A DNA stretch of 61,937 nt, the filler included. It is 6 parts of 6 records of this genome, joined end to end, with 100 filler letters (N's around TTAATTAATTAA, not from the genome) between each part and the next. Parts side by side here need not be neighbours in the genome. Positions count along the whole stretch, not along the records: positions 16,197 to 31,970 come from SRR31156797_3927; 5 more parts are not named here. One strand, 5' to 3'. Every line of letters starts with the position of its first letter. The first letter of the stretch is position 1. Positions 20,834 through 30,313 of this stretch are shown piece by piece. The notes below the pieces were generated by a model. That model saw only the letters and a program-made list of their open reading frames with translations, did not search any database and was not told the DNA's origin. The position numbers and the translations under genes are program-made.

Positions 20834-21097
20834 TTCTTGACTCCTTTTTTATGGTAATAGTGCGGACGCTCCCGCTTTGCACTGCACTTTCTTACGCATG
20901 AAATGGCAAAAAGGATTTAAGTTTATCCCCTTTAATGGATCCCGTGGATTCAGTAACAACATTTTTTGAATTGGTATAAATAGATAACATGTATATTGGG
21001 GACCTGCAAATCCTTTCACATTGTTTTATTATTATTGTTATAATCAGTCGATATGGTCAGCGTTTGTAATATCCATTAATCCGGGGAGAAGAATTTT

Positions 21098-22210
21098 TTG
21101 TACTTACGCATCCTGTTAATAGCTGCCGCCGTGTTTATTTTTTTCTTTATTCCGATTAATCCGGCGATAGGGTCTGAAGACTATGTAGAGGATCTGACCG
21201 ACGACCTAGACCCATCACAGGCCGAAGACAGCGGTAATGATTACGTAATTATGCCTATCCCCATGTCCAATCCGACTGTCGGTTCCGGTTTGGCCCTAGC
21301 CTTTATGTTTTTATATGATATTGGAGAAAACGCACCGACGTCGAATACTACCTTTGCCGCCGTCTATACGGATACGGAAAGCTGGGCCGTGGGCTTTTCA
21401 CAGAAAACATATTTTTCAAATGATAATTACCGGTTTAATGCCGTAGGCGGCTACTTTAATCTTAACCTGGATTTTTATGGAATAGGCGCTGACGCCGGAG
21501 ACCGGGGCTTTACTATACCTCTAAATCAAAAGGGAATATTTTTTACGCCCGATTTGATGAAAAGGATATACGGCGATCTGCATTTAGGCCTCCGATACCG
21601 CCTGCTGACCGTTTCCACGTCTTTGAGAATCGACCAGATCGGGCCGATTGAAATACCGGATGCATCCCTTGACGTCACCACGGCTGGTTTGGGCGTCATC
21701 ATGAATTACGACACCAGGGACAACCCGCTTAATCCGACAAAAGGAACGTTTCTGGAATTTAAAACGTGTTTCACATCGGAAGAATTGGACAGCGACCAGG
21801 AATACGAGATTTACGAGGTTGCGTACAACCGCTATATCAAGACAACTAAAAACGGCGTTTTGGCCTTAGGTGTAAACGGCAAGTTTACAGCAGGCGACGT
21901 TCCCTTTTTCGACCTCAGTTATTATACTCTTCGAGGGTACGTAGAAGGCCAATACAGGGATAACCACATGATAGCCGCCCAGGCCGAATACCGGTGGCAG
22001 GTCCTGGAACGCATCGGCCTCGTGTTTTTCGGCGGGGCGGGCACGGTTGCTCCGGAAGTCGACCAATTTGATTTCAAGGACCTTCTGCCCAGTGGAGGCG
22101 TAGGGCTCAGGATAATGGCTTCCAAGGAAAAAAGAGTCAACGTGAGCATCGACTATGCAGTGGGCAAGGGGTCGGATGCTTTTTATTTTTCCATTGGCGA
22201 AGCATTTTAG
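21098..22210 (+). CDS. Omp85/BamA-TamA family surface-antigen barrel without POTRA domains
   Basis: YDTRDNPLNPTKG, LRGY..G.YRD, C-terminal FSIGEAF. Confidence 0.85.
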   Translation: MYLRILLIAAAVFIFFFIPINPAIGSEDYVEDLTDDLDPSQAEDSGNDYVIMPIPMSNPTVGSGLALAFMFLYDIGENAPTSNTTFAAVYTDTESWAVGFSQKTYFSNDNYRFNAVGGYFNLNLDFYGIGADAGDRGFTIPLNQKGIFFTPDLMKRIYGDLHLGLRYRLLTVSTSLRIDQIGPIEIPDASLDVTTAGLGVIMNYDTRDNPLNPTKGTFLEFKTCFTSEELDSDQEYEIYEVAYNRYIKTTKNGVLALGVNGKFTAGDVPFFDLSYYTLRGYVEGQYRDNHMIAAQAEYRWQVLERIGLVFFGGAGTVAPEVDQFDFKDLLPSGGVGLRIMASKEKRVNVSIDYAVGKGSDAFYFSIGEAF

Positions 22211-22311
22211 CAGCCCGGGATGATATAAGCGTTTTGCCGAAATATGGCCGGAGCTTGATTGGTTTTCAGCGGGTTTTTCCTTATTTATTGAAGAAAAAGG
22301 AGGCGGAGTGC

Positions 22312-23631
22312 ATGCCTGCAAAGAGAAAAGGCTTGGGAATTCGTTCCTTGCACCGCAAACTGGTTTTCAGGCTTGTCCTTATGACCCTTGTAATAGCTCT
22401 GGTTCTTGGAGCTTACGTTTACGCCAACCGCAGAAATAATCTCGGAAATGCAATAATTGCCCGGACCGTACAGGATGTCGGCTATTTTAATGTATACGCC
22501 TCCTACCTGTTTGACGCGCCCGATACGCCGGACAGTGAATCCCTTCAACGCGAACTTGATCTTTTCGCCAAAAACGCCCCAGCCAACAAATGGCTGGGGG
22601 ACATAGTCATGGCCAGGGTATTTGATCTTAAAGGAAAGGTTCTGGCTGAATTAAAGGAAGATACATACTTGCATCTTAAGGAAGTCTGGGATCGGTTCGA
22701 ACGGGACCCTGCGTCCCTTGGCGAAGTCAGGGCCAAAAGATATAGCGTCCTGCGCGTTTCCGGGGCCCCTTATGTACAAATGGTTTTCCCTCTTAATAAT
22801 AGCGCCGGCAAAAGGGCGGCGGACATGGAAATATTCTTTGCCGTGTCTCCGAACACAGTACGGGATCTGCGCTGGGCGACCGTCCAGGCGGTGCTTATAG
22901 TTATGGGCATAGTTATCGGCGCCTCGGTGTTGCTCTATCCGACAATTGTCAGTCTTATGCGCCGGCAGACCAAATTATCCCTGCAATTGCTGGATGCGAA
23001 CCTGGAAACGCTTGAAGTTCTGGGAAGCGCGATTGCCAAGAAAGACAGCGACACGGACGCTCACAACTACAGGGTTACTATTTATTCTGTCCGGCTGGCT
23101 GAAGCCGTGGGCCTGGAAGCCGAGGAAATACGGACCATTATCAAGGGCGCGTTTCTCCATGATGTGGGCAAGATAGGGATTGAAGACAAGATATTGCTGA
23201 AACCGGGCCGGCTGGATGAAGCGGAATTCGGTATCATGAAAACCCATGTCAAGCATGGCGTGGACATTGTCAACAAGTCTTCCTGGCTGGACGACGCCTT
23301 GCAGGTCGTGAGTTATCATCATGAAAAATTTGACGGCAGCGGGTACTATTCCGGTTTAAAGGGTGAGGAAATACCAATGGCCGCCCGTATATTCGCTATT
23401 GCCGATGTATTTGACGCCCTCATGTCCAGGCGGCCTTACAAGGAGCCTCTGTCGTTTGAAGAGACCATGGGGATACTGGAAGAAGGGGCGGGGTCGCACT
23501 TCGACCCGCTCCTGGTTGAAAAGTTTAAATCAATCGCCAGGCAGCTCCAAAGCGAGTGGGCGGGCCGTGAAGACGACCTTCCCAAAATAGAATTAGTGGC
23601 GATAGTCGGGCATTATTTTGGCGAGGATTAG
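22312..23631 (+). CDS. Membrane-bound HD-GYP phosphodiesterase
   Basis: Two TM helices flanking a periplasmic domain; HDVGK, HHEKFDGSGYY, ADVFDALMSRRPYK; AGGAGG before ATG 22312. Confidence 0.9.
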   Translation: MPAKRKGLGIRSLHRKLVFRLVLMTLVIALVLGAYVYANRRNNLGNAIIARTVQDVGYFNVYASYLFDAPDTPDSESLQRELDLFAKNAPANKWLGDIVMARVFDLKGKVLAELKEDTYLHLKEVWDRFERDPASLGEVRAKRYSVLRVSGAPYVQMVFPLNNSAGKRAADMEIFFAVSPNTVRDLRWATVQAVLIVMGIVIGASVLLYPTIVSLMRRQTKLSLQLLDANLETLEVLGSAIAKKDSDTDAHNYRVTIYSVRLAEAVGLEAEEIRTIIKGAFLHDVGKIGIEDKILLKPGRLDEAEFGIMKTHVKHGVDIVNKSSWLDDALQVVSYHHEKFDGSGYYSGLKGEEIPMAARIFAIADVFDALMSRRPYKEPLSFEETMGILEEGAGSHFDPLLVEKFKSIARQLQSEWAGREDDLPKIELVAIVGHYFGED

Positions 23632-24058
23632 AATAAAGGGACCGGGCGCCGCATTTTTGGCTATCGCCCTGTTAAAGAAAACTCCACTGGCTGTCATCGT
23701 GCCTGTTTCCGACGCCATAGTTGTGTTGGGGCTGGCTTTTTACATGATCCCGCAGCCGATTCGCCTGTTCACAAACGCATACCGGGAAGTTATCGGCGAG
23801 TCCGCGGATCAGGAAACTACAAAAAAGCTCAGGGACAGCATAGATGGAGCCTTGGCCGATACACCATTTATGCTTTTGCAAGCAGCGATGACCAAAGTCG
23901 GGCGGTCTTTTTTCGCGGCTTTGTATATCAAACCGGGAAGCCCGGTTACCGTGGAAGAGTTGGACGAAATAAGGCAAAAGGTTTTCCTGGCCGGCCGAGC
24001 CGATTTTTCAGGCCTGAGAATGGAAGTTATTTTTACCGGCGTGATGCCGTATGAGTAA
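23630..24058 (+). pseudogene. 3' remnant of a cation diffusion facilitator (CDF) transporter
   Basis: Only the last TM helix plus cytoplasmic domain (DAIVVL..., TKVGRSFF..LY, ELDEIR, EVIFT) are present; no credible start or RBS. Confidence 0.55.
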
Positions 24059-24106
24059 TCTAAAATGCCTCCGATACGCAGGCGCGGGATCGGAGGATTG
24101 AAGTTT

Positions 24107-24841
24107 TCATTCCTGAATGAGGTTGTTACGTTTACTTAGAGCCTTAAATGCCTGGTTCATCTGCTCTATTACCTCGGCAGGATCTTCGATATACTCCCTG
24201 TTGACCTCGTCTATTGTTTTCTCGCTGATCGCGCCTTGGATCACTGCTTCCTCGCCTGCCCTGGCCAGGGCATCCAATTGATCGGCCAGCAATTCAGGGT
24301 GCACGGCCGCCAGATGGGATGACGGGAAAAAGAATTCTCCAAGCAATCGTCCCTGCATGTTTTTGACAATGCGAGCGACAGTCCGGCTTAATGATTCAAG
24401 GCATTGCCTTTCCGGGTTGCCGCAAAGTGAAATGCTGACGACATTTGGCTTTTTAGCGCTTACCGGCAAATGATAGGTTCTTCCGTCTCTAAACTCAAAA
24501 ACAGGCCCAAGCGTCGGCATCAGCCGTTCGAACAATCTTTTCATATCACTGGGCATGGTGTCAAAATACACGGGCGCGGCCAGCACTAGCAGATCCGCAT
24601 CTTCCATTTTTTTTAAAAAGGACTGCATATCATCTTTTTGGAAACATATTCCCGGCGTTTCAAGGATGCATTTATGACAGGCCTTGCAGCTTGCTATTTT
24701 CATTTTTGAAGGATAGACGACTTCGCAATCGGCCCCGGCTGACCTGGCGTCCTTTAGAAAAGTTTCCAAAAGTATTTCGGACATTCCTTTTTCCGACCTG
24801 TGGCTGCCGTTAACGGCGAGAATCTTATACGGCTGGTTCAT
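24107..24841 (-). CDS. Iron-sulfur flavoprotein / NADPH-dependent FMN reductase (flavodoxin family)
   Basis: NGSHR, CKACHKC-x6-C, KDDM, AAPVYF. Confidence 0.88.
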   Translation of the reverse strand: MNQPYKILAVNGSHRSEKGMSEILLETFLKDARSAGADCEVVYPSKMKIASCKACHKCILETPGICFQKDDMQSFLKKMEDADLLVLAAPVYFDTMPSDMKRLFERLMPTLGPVFEFRDGRTYHLPVSAKKPNVVSISLCGNPERQCLESLSRTVARIVKNMQGRLLGEFFFPSSHLAAVHPELLADQLDALARAGEEAVIQGAISEKTIDEVNREYIEDPAEVIEQMNQAFKALSKRNNLIQE

Positions 24842-24950
24842 TTTTATTACCTCTTCTTGTCACCGCTATTCTCATAAACGAAAATAACCCTGATATTTTG
24901 CCGCTCCGCTCATGAAGCCTTTGTTGCGGGCGCCTTTATTCGATATATAG

Positions 24951-24965
24951 TCAATATTTGTGCCA
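24951..24965 (-). promoter_or_regulatory. Probable sigma54 promoter for the flavoprotein gene
   Basis: Minus strand TGGCACAAATATTGA (-12 GC reads GA); inverted TAAGACACT...AGTGTCTTA at about 25024-25074. Confidence 0.5.
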
Positions 24966-25112
24966 TTTTAAAAAGGTAGTATATTCAGGCTGTTAAGAAA
25001 TGATTGATATGATAGGGGCTAAATAAGACACTTTGTGGTGTTGAATATGGCATTAATATGATAATAGTGTCTTATATGAACCTTTTCGGTAGAAAAACTG
25101 GAGCTTTTTATT

Positions 25113-26669
25113 ATGACCAGCGATTTGGAATTTTTTCAGCAAGCAGTAAAAAGAATTTGCGGGACTCTCGAAATAAATGCCGCACTCGAAAACTGCTTTG
25201 AATTCCTTCAACATTTTATGCCCATCCATGGCCTGGCCATGAATATATACGATCCTGAATACAGGGTTGTCAGAAACGTCGCCCTGGTAACCGATCTTGA
25301 TGAAAGCCAAATAAAGCGTTTCGGTCCGGTGAGCCTGAACCGGGAAGCAGTGGATTATATAGAAAACCTGCCCCTGGTTTCCGAGCCGGCCGTTGTTTTA
25401 AACCATCCAAAAGAGCAAAAGGTCGCCAACCTCGTGTGGAAGGCCATGGGATCGCCGGAAATCTCCCTTCTTTTTCTTCATCCTGTACTTGATGGAGTCA
25501 AGCTCGGGGTTGTATTCATGTTTACAAAGGGATTTAACCAGTATAATCCGGAGCATGCCAGGCTTTTTACCCTGCTCCACGACCCGTTTGCCATTGCCCT
25601 GTCCAATACGGTTAAACACCGGGAACTTTTGAATATAAAAGAAAGACTGGCTGATGAAAACCGCTATCTTAACAGTCAACTTCGTAAACTTGCGGACAGT
25701 GAAATCATCGGCCGGGATCTGGGCTTGAAGAATGTAATGGAAATGGTCGGGCAGGCAGCCCCGCTATCCAGTCATGTCCTTCTTGTAGGGGAAACAGGGG
25801 TGGGGAAGGAAGTTATCGCCAATGCAATCCATTACTCGTCCACCCGGAGCGATGGGCCTTTAATCAAGGTAAATTGCGGAGCAATTCCCGATAACCTGGT
25901 GGACAGCGAACTCTTCGGACATGAGCAGGGCGCTTTTACGGGCGCCATTAAAAGAAAGCAGGGAATTTTCGAGCGCGCGGATAAAGGGACAGTTTTTCTG
26001 GATGAGATTGGAGAACTACCGCCTCATGTTCAGGTAAGGCTGCTGCGAGTAATACAAAACCGTGAAATTGAGCGCGTTGGCGGCTCAAAATCCATAAAGG
26101 TTGATATCAGGATCATCGCTGCGACTCACAGAAACCTCGAGGAAATGGTGGAAAATGGAGAGTTTCGCGAAGACCTCTGGTTCAGGCTTAATGTGTTTCC
26201 AATTCACATACCCCCCTTGAGGGAAAGACTTTCAGACCTGCCTGAATTAGTCAGTTATTTCATCAATCGAAAATCAAGGGAAATGAATTTCAGGCTTCCT
26301 CCGGTTCCGGCGCCGGGATTTCTTGAACAGTTTCGCGGGTATGATTGGCCGGGTAATGTCAGGGAACTGGAGAATGTGATTGAACGGTCCCTGATCCGTA
26401 ATTTTTCCGCGCCGCCGAATACGCCTTTAAAATTTGAAACTTTTGAAAGGCCGGTTGTTGGAAAGGAAAAAACGCCAATGGTCGACTCGCGCAAGGATTA
26501 TAACCTGGATAATGTAATAAGAGAGCACATCAACCTGGTGCTGGACGTAACGGCGGGCAAGGTCAAGGGAAAGAACGGCGCGGCAGATCTGTTGGGGTTA
26601 AACTCAAGCACGCTCCGGAACCGTATGAAAAAGCTGGGCATCCCTTTTGGAAAAAAAAGTCGACATTAA
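25113..26669 (+). CDS. sigma54-dependent enhancer-binding protein (GAF-AAA+-HTH)
   Basis: GETGVGKE, GAFTGA, FLDEIGE, WPGNVRELEN, C-terminal HTH. Confidence 0.95.
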   Translation: MTSDLEFFQQAVKRICGTLEINAALENCFEFLQHFMPIHGLAMNIYDPEYRVVRNVALVTDLDESQIKRFGPVSLNREAVDYIENLPLVSEPAVVLNHPKEQKVANLVWKAMGSPEISLLFLHPVLDGVKLGVVFMFTKGFNQYNPEHARLFTLLHDPFAIALSNTVKHRELLNIKERLADENRYLNSQLRKLADSEIIGRDLGLKNVMEMVGQAAPLSSHVLLVGETGVGKEVIANAIHYSSTRSDGPLIKVNCGAIPDNLVDSELFGHEQGAFTGAIKRKQGIFERADKGTVFLDEIGELPPHVQVRLLRVIQNREIERVGGSKSIKVDIRIIAATHRNLEEMVENGEFREDLWFRLNVFPIHIPPLRERLSDLPELVSYFINRKSREMNFRLPPVPAPGFLEQFRGYDWPGNVRELENVIERSLIRNFSAPPNTPLKFETFERPVVGKEKTPMVDSRKDYNLDNVIREHINLVLDVTAGKVKGKNGAADLLGLNSSTLRNRMKKLGIPFGKKSRH

Positions 26670-26851
26670 ACAACAGTGGTTCTTTTTGGTGCTTTCCGAA
26701 CCGAATTGTTGCAGCGTCGTGCGGTTGAATATGGAATAAAGAACATCTTAGCTTTAATGTTCAGGATTAAAGGTATAATTATCCCTTGCCCGGCCTGCCC
26801 CATGCAAATCGCGCCGAAATCGGGATCTATGTTTGAATCGGTACGGATCAA

Positions 26852-27781
26852 TCAGGAAGCGACAATTCTCACTTGTATGCTTATCAGGTCAAAGACCAGG
26901 TGCATGCCCAGGAATTCGAAAAACCGGCTCGAACCGTAAAGTATATTCCATCTTGTCTTGTCAATGTCGAAATGGGCTTCAGCGGAAAATACATTATCCG
27001 CCATTCCGGCGACAGTGGCCGTAAAGTCCTGCCTGGCTTCAATTCCTCTTAGTTCCAGAGCCCCCTCAATTTCGTAGTTTGGAACGGTTAAAAACGGTTC
27101 GTGAACAGGCTTGGCGCTTATGATTTTATACCTGGCGGATGGAAAAAGTTTGGTCAGAAAAAAGTCGTCGGATTTCAGGTGGGCGACCAGGATCGGCTGC
27201 ATTTCATCGCCATCGAGATTTATATTAGTGATGGATTCCATGTCGATGTCGATCACGCCGGTGAAAACCCCGTCTTTTGATGTGAGTTCCCCGCCGGCAA
27301 TTTTAACTCGACCGAAATGGCTGGTATTCGGATTTCTGCCGGTCCACTCAATATGGCTCTGTTCCGCATCAATCCGGTAGGTGCGATCCTCAAGTTTAAG
27401 CATGGTTTGCGGGTCGCCGGGACTGTCAACGGCTTCCCCCTCAACGGCAAAACCAGCCTTACGCCATGACTCAACGCCGCCCTGCAGGACATTGAGGCGG
27501 GTGTAGCCTTCCTGGTTGAGCTTTTCAGCAGCCGTGATCGCATCCCGGGACCTGGAACTGGATCCGTAAAGCACAATTTCAGCATTTTTGTCTTTTACAA
27601 GCTCTTTGACCTTACTTACGAATACAACTTCAAAGACGCAGGCGTTCAGGGAATCAGGCAAATGAACTTTTTGATAATGGTCATTGGTCAAGGTATCGAT
27701 CAGGAAGAATTCTTTTTTCTCTTCCATCCACTGATTCAGTTCAACCGCCGGCATCTGTTTGAAACTTTTTTGATCCGTCAT
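26852..27781 (-). CDS. Rhodanese-like + YceI domain fusion
   Basis: N-terminal rhodanese fold (HLP, IVLYG, LQGGVESW) without catalytic Cys; YceI motifs HLKSDDFF, IDKTRWNI. Confidence 0.85.
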   Translation of the reverse strand: MTDQKSFKQMPAVELNQWMEEKKEFFLIDTLTNDHYQKVHLPDSLNACVFEVVFVSKVKELVKDKNAEIVLYGSSSRSRDAITAAEKLNQEGYTRLNVLQGGVESWRKAGFAVEGEAVDSPGDPQTMLKLEDRTYRIDAEQSHIEWTGRNPNTSHFGRVKIAGGELTSKDGVFTGVIDIDMESITNINLDGDEMQPILVAHLKSDDFFLTKLFPSARYKIISAKPVHEPFLTVPNYEIEGALELRGIEARQDFTATVAGMADNVFSAEAHFDIDKTRWNILYGSSRFFEFLGMHLVFDLISIQVRIVAS

Positions 27782-27798
27782 CTTTCTTCCCCTTTAAT

Positions 27799-27862
27799 TC
27801 ATAAGCTAAACCACCGGCTCTGCCGGTGGGAATTTATAAGGCTCTGCCGGTGGTTATTGATT
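27799..27862. mobile_element. Possible collapsed IS200/IS605-type end remnant
   Basis: Hairpin CCACCGGC-TCT-GCCGGTGG plus direct partial copy GGCTCTGCCGGTGG 10 nt later; no transposase. Confidence 0.45.
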
Positions 27863-27934
27863 GTATAATAATTACACCCATGGACCGGTCAATACCGGTA
27901 ATATTATTAACTCGGAAATGCATATCCCGTGAGT

Positions 27935-28849
27935 TTACGGGCGACCATGCTTAATAAAAGTTCCATTTTGATACTCTTCAAAAGAGGTTCGCAATTCCGC
28001 ATTAGTGTTCATGACAATTGGGCCGCGCCAGGCCACGGGCTCGCCTATGGGCTTGCCGGAAATGAGCAGGAACCTGACGTCCTCTTTCCCTGTTGAAACC
28101 AGTATCTCATCTCCGTCGTCAAACAGGATTAGAGTTCCGTTTTCGGCGAATGGATCCTGCTGATGATCAAAATAGTTGACGCCTTCCGCCTCATAGGTGA
28201 AGGGATCCTGTTCCCCGCAAAAAAGACCCCTGCCTTTAATAACATAGGCAAAGACCGTATGACCCCATTTGACTCCACGCCTGAATTCGGTATTGGCAGG
28301 AACTGAAACGTCTATGTATTCCGGATCGATGACTATGTCGCCCACCGGACCTTTAACGCCGGATTCATCACCGGCGATAACCTTGACTGCGGCTCCATTG
28401 GGGAGCGATACTTCAGGAATGTCCCGGCTCTTGACATCCCTGTAACACGGATCCATCATTTTACTGCTGGATGGCAGGTTGGCCCAGAGCTGAAAGCCGT
28501 GCATCTTGCCTTTTTCGTCGCCTTGCGGCATTTCCTGGTGTATGATGCCGCTTCCGGCGGTCATCCATTGGACGTCCCCCGAGCCTATTATACCCTTGTT
28601 GCCGAGGCTGTCGCCGTGCTCCACGTCTCCCGACAGAACATAGGTTATTGTTTCGATCCCCCTGTGAGGATGCCAGGGGAATCCTTTTAAATAATGCTCC
28701 GGAATATCGGATCGAAAATCATCAAGAAGTAGAAACGGATCGAACAAGGGAACCTCGCTAAACCCAAAAGCCCTTTTCAAGTGAACTCCGGCCCCTTCAA
28801 TTGCTGGCTTGCTTATAAAAATTTTACGGATTTTGCGGATATTCGGCAT
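27935..28849 (-). CDS. Pirin family protein
   Basis: DPFLLLD, PWHPHRGIETITY, WMTAGSGIIHQE, QLWANLP, GPIVMN. Confidence 0.95.
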   Translation of the reverse strand: MPNIRKIRKIFISKPAIEGAGVHLKRAFGFSEVPLFDPFLLLDDFRSDIPEHYLKGFPWHPHRGIETITYVLSGDVEHGDSLGNKGIIGSGDVQWMTAGSGIIHQEMPQGDEKGKMHGFQLWANLPSSSKMMDPCYRDVKSRDIPEVSLPNGAAVKVIAGDESGVKGPVGDIVIDPEYIDVSVPANTEFRRGVKWGHTVFAYVIKGRGLFCGEQDPFTYEAEGVNYFDHQQDPFAENGTLILFDDGDEILVSTGKEDVRFLLISGKPIGEPVAWRGPIVMNTNAELRTSFEEYQNGTFIKHGRP

Positions 28850-29189
28850 AATAACATCCTCTCATTATGCGGCCGTTAGTCGATATGTCTGCAGAAAAAC
28901 GATCAAACCCGACAAATTACACATAAGAATATATATTTTGAATGTCTTAAGGATTTTCGAATATCATTCCGGCAGCCATTCGGCGCTTAACTGACAGTAT
29001 ACACCTTTGATGAAAATGCGGCAGTAACCGTGGGTTGCGAGGATGTGAAGGCGTCTTGTCGGAGGAAGTGGAGTTCACTGCCGGAGACTGGCGGGAAGAC
29101 CGAGAATTTTCCCTTCCGCTTTTCCTCCAGCTTAGACTTATGACCGCGGGATTGGCGTCTTTGGTCAAATAGAAAAAGGTGGAAGCGGC

Positions 29190-30305
29190 CTACCTGCTAA
29201 TGGCGGGGAAAATATAATGAACGACGCCGTTTTTGGCAAACTTGTCGGCCAGGATGATTTTAGCTGAGCCCACGTATATTTTTCCGTTTTTTATCTGAAC
29301 CGGCAACTGGGTATTATCAATGGTTGTAACCGTTTCCAAATTGAACAGATCCGATTTAAGTATTTTTCCCTTAACCACGTGACCGGCGGCAAATCGTTTA
29401 AGCTCTTCTTTATTTTCAGGCTTGAATAACTCGATGAGTTTTTCCCGGGGCATGTCGGTAAAAGCCTTATCAAGGGGAGCGAAAACAGTATATTTTTCCG
29501 CTCCTTTTAAATCCTTCGTGTATCCGGCGGTTTTTAGTGCACTGAAAAAAGTCTTTAACTTGCCAGATTTATTCAGCATGTCCGCAATTGTGTTTAATGG
29601 CCCTCGGTATGGATTGTCAGCAACAATAACGTTTTCAACCTTTATTACATATTTTTCATTAACAGTTGTAAAATTAGCTGAGCCGAAACGAAATTTCGGT
29701 ATGACCAATGGCGTGTCCTGCTTTTTGAGTTTACCGGTGACTGCGGCCCATTCTCCGTCTTTCAATCCCGTAACCTGGTCGTAAGGAACCAGAAACCCGA
29801 GCGCCAAGGCATCTGCCGCGCAACAGAACATTACGTATTCCATTAAAGCAAAACCGCCCGACTTGTCCAGTTCTGGAAGTCGTTTGACCATTCCTATGGC
29901 TGTAAAAGTCGAATTGGCATACTTGGAGTCCGAATCTTTTTGGGTGGAAAAAAAGAGTTCGCTTAATCTGATTTGGGCAGGCCCGGGACCGGCTGAAAAA
30001 GTCAGTGCTGAATTGGGATTAATCAATTTAGCCGAAGGATTTACCGCGCTGGAATAAGGCCGTCCCACAACAAGAATCAGAAAAAAGAATAAAAACACAA
30101 TGATGTTGAAGTGATTCACCTTGCCCGGCCGATAAAACAATAGAATCAATCCCAAGGACAACACTAAAGCAGACCCGCAAATGGTAAGCCATTTAAAAAC
30201 AGGATTCATCAGAAGCCAATAGTCGCCCCAAATGGCAAACCATCCGGCGCCCAGGCCGACGGCGCTCAATATGATTCCATCCAATGTGCCGATTACTTTC
30301 TTCAT
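29190..30305 (-). CDS. DUF1980/YcgQ-like membrane protein fused to a fasciclin (FAS1) domain
   Basis: ATG 30305; TM helices; CCAADA motif; C-terminal YTVFAP.DKAF...NGVVHYI. Confidence 0.75.
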   Translation of the reverse strand: MKKVIGTLDGIILSAVGLGAGWFAIWGDYWLLMNPVFKWLTICGSALVLSLGLILLFYRPGKVNHFNIIVFLFFFLILVVGRPYSSAVNPSAKLINPNSALTFSAGPGPAQIRLSELFFSTQKDSDSKYANSTFTAIGMVKRLPELDKSGGFALMEYVMFCCAADALALGFLVPYDQVTGLKDGEWAAVTGKLKKQDTPLVIPKFRFGSANFTTVNEKYVIKVENVIVADNPYRGPLNTIADMLNKSGKLKTFFSALKTAGYTKDLKGAEKYTVFAPLDKAFTDMPREKLIELFKPENKEELKRFAAGHVVKGKILKSDLFNLETVTTIDNTQLPVQIKNGKIYVGSAKIILADKFAKNGVVHYIFPAISR

Positions 30306-30313
30306 TTTTGACT

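Noticed and set aside
28947-29170. 73-aa ORF or possible ncRNA upstream of pirin
   Set aside because: No RBS or motif. The plus strand may hold a decayed gene fragment, but I cannot identify it.
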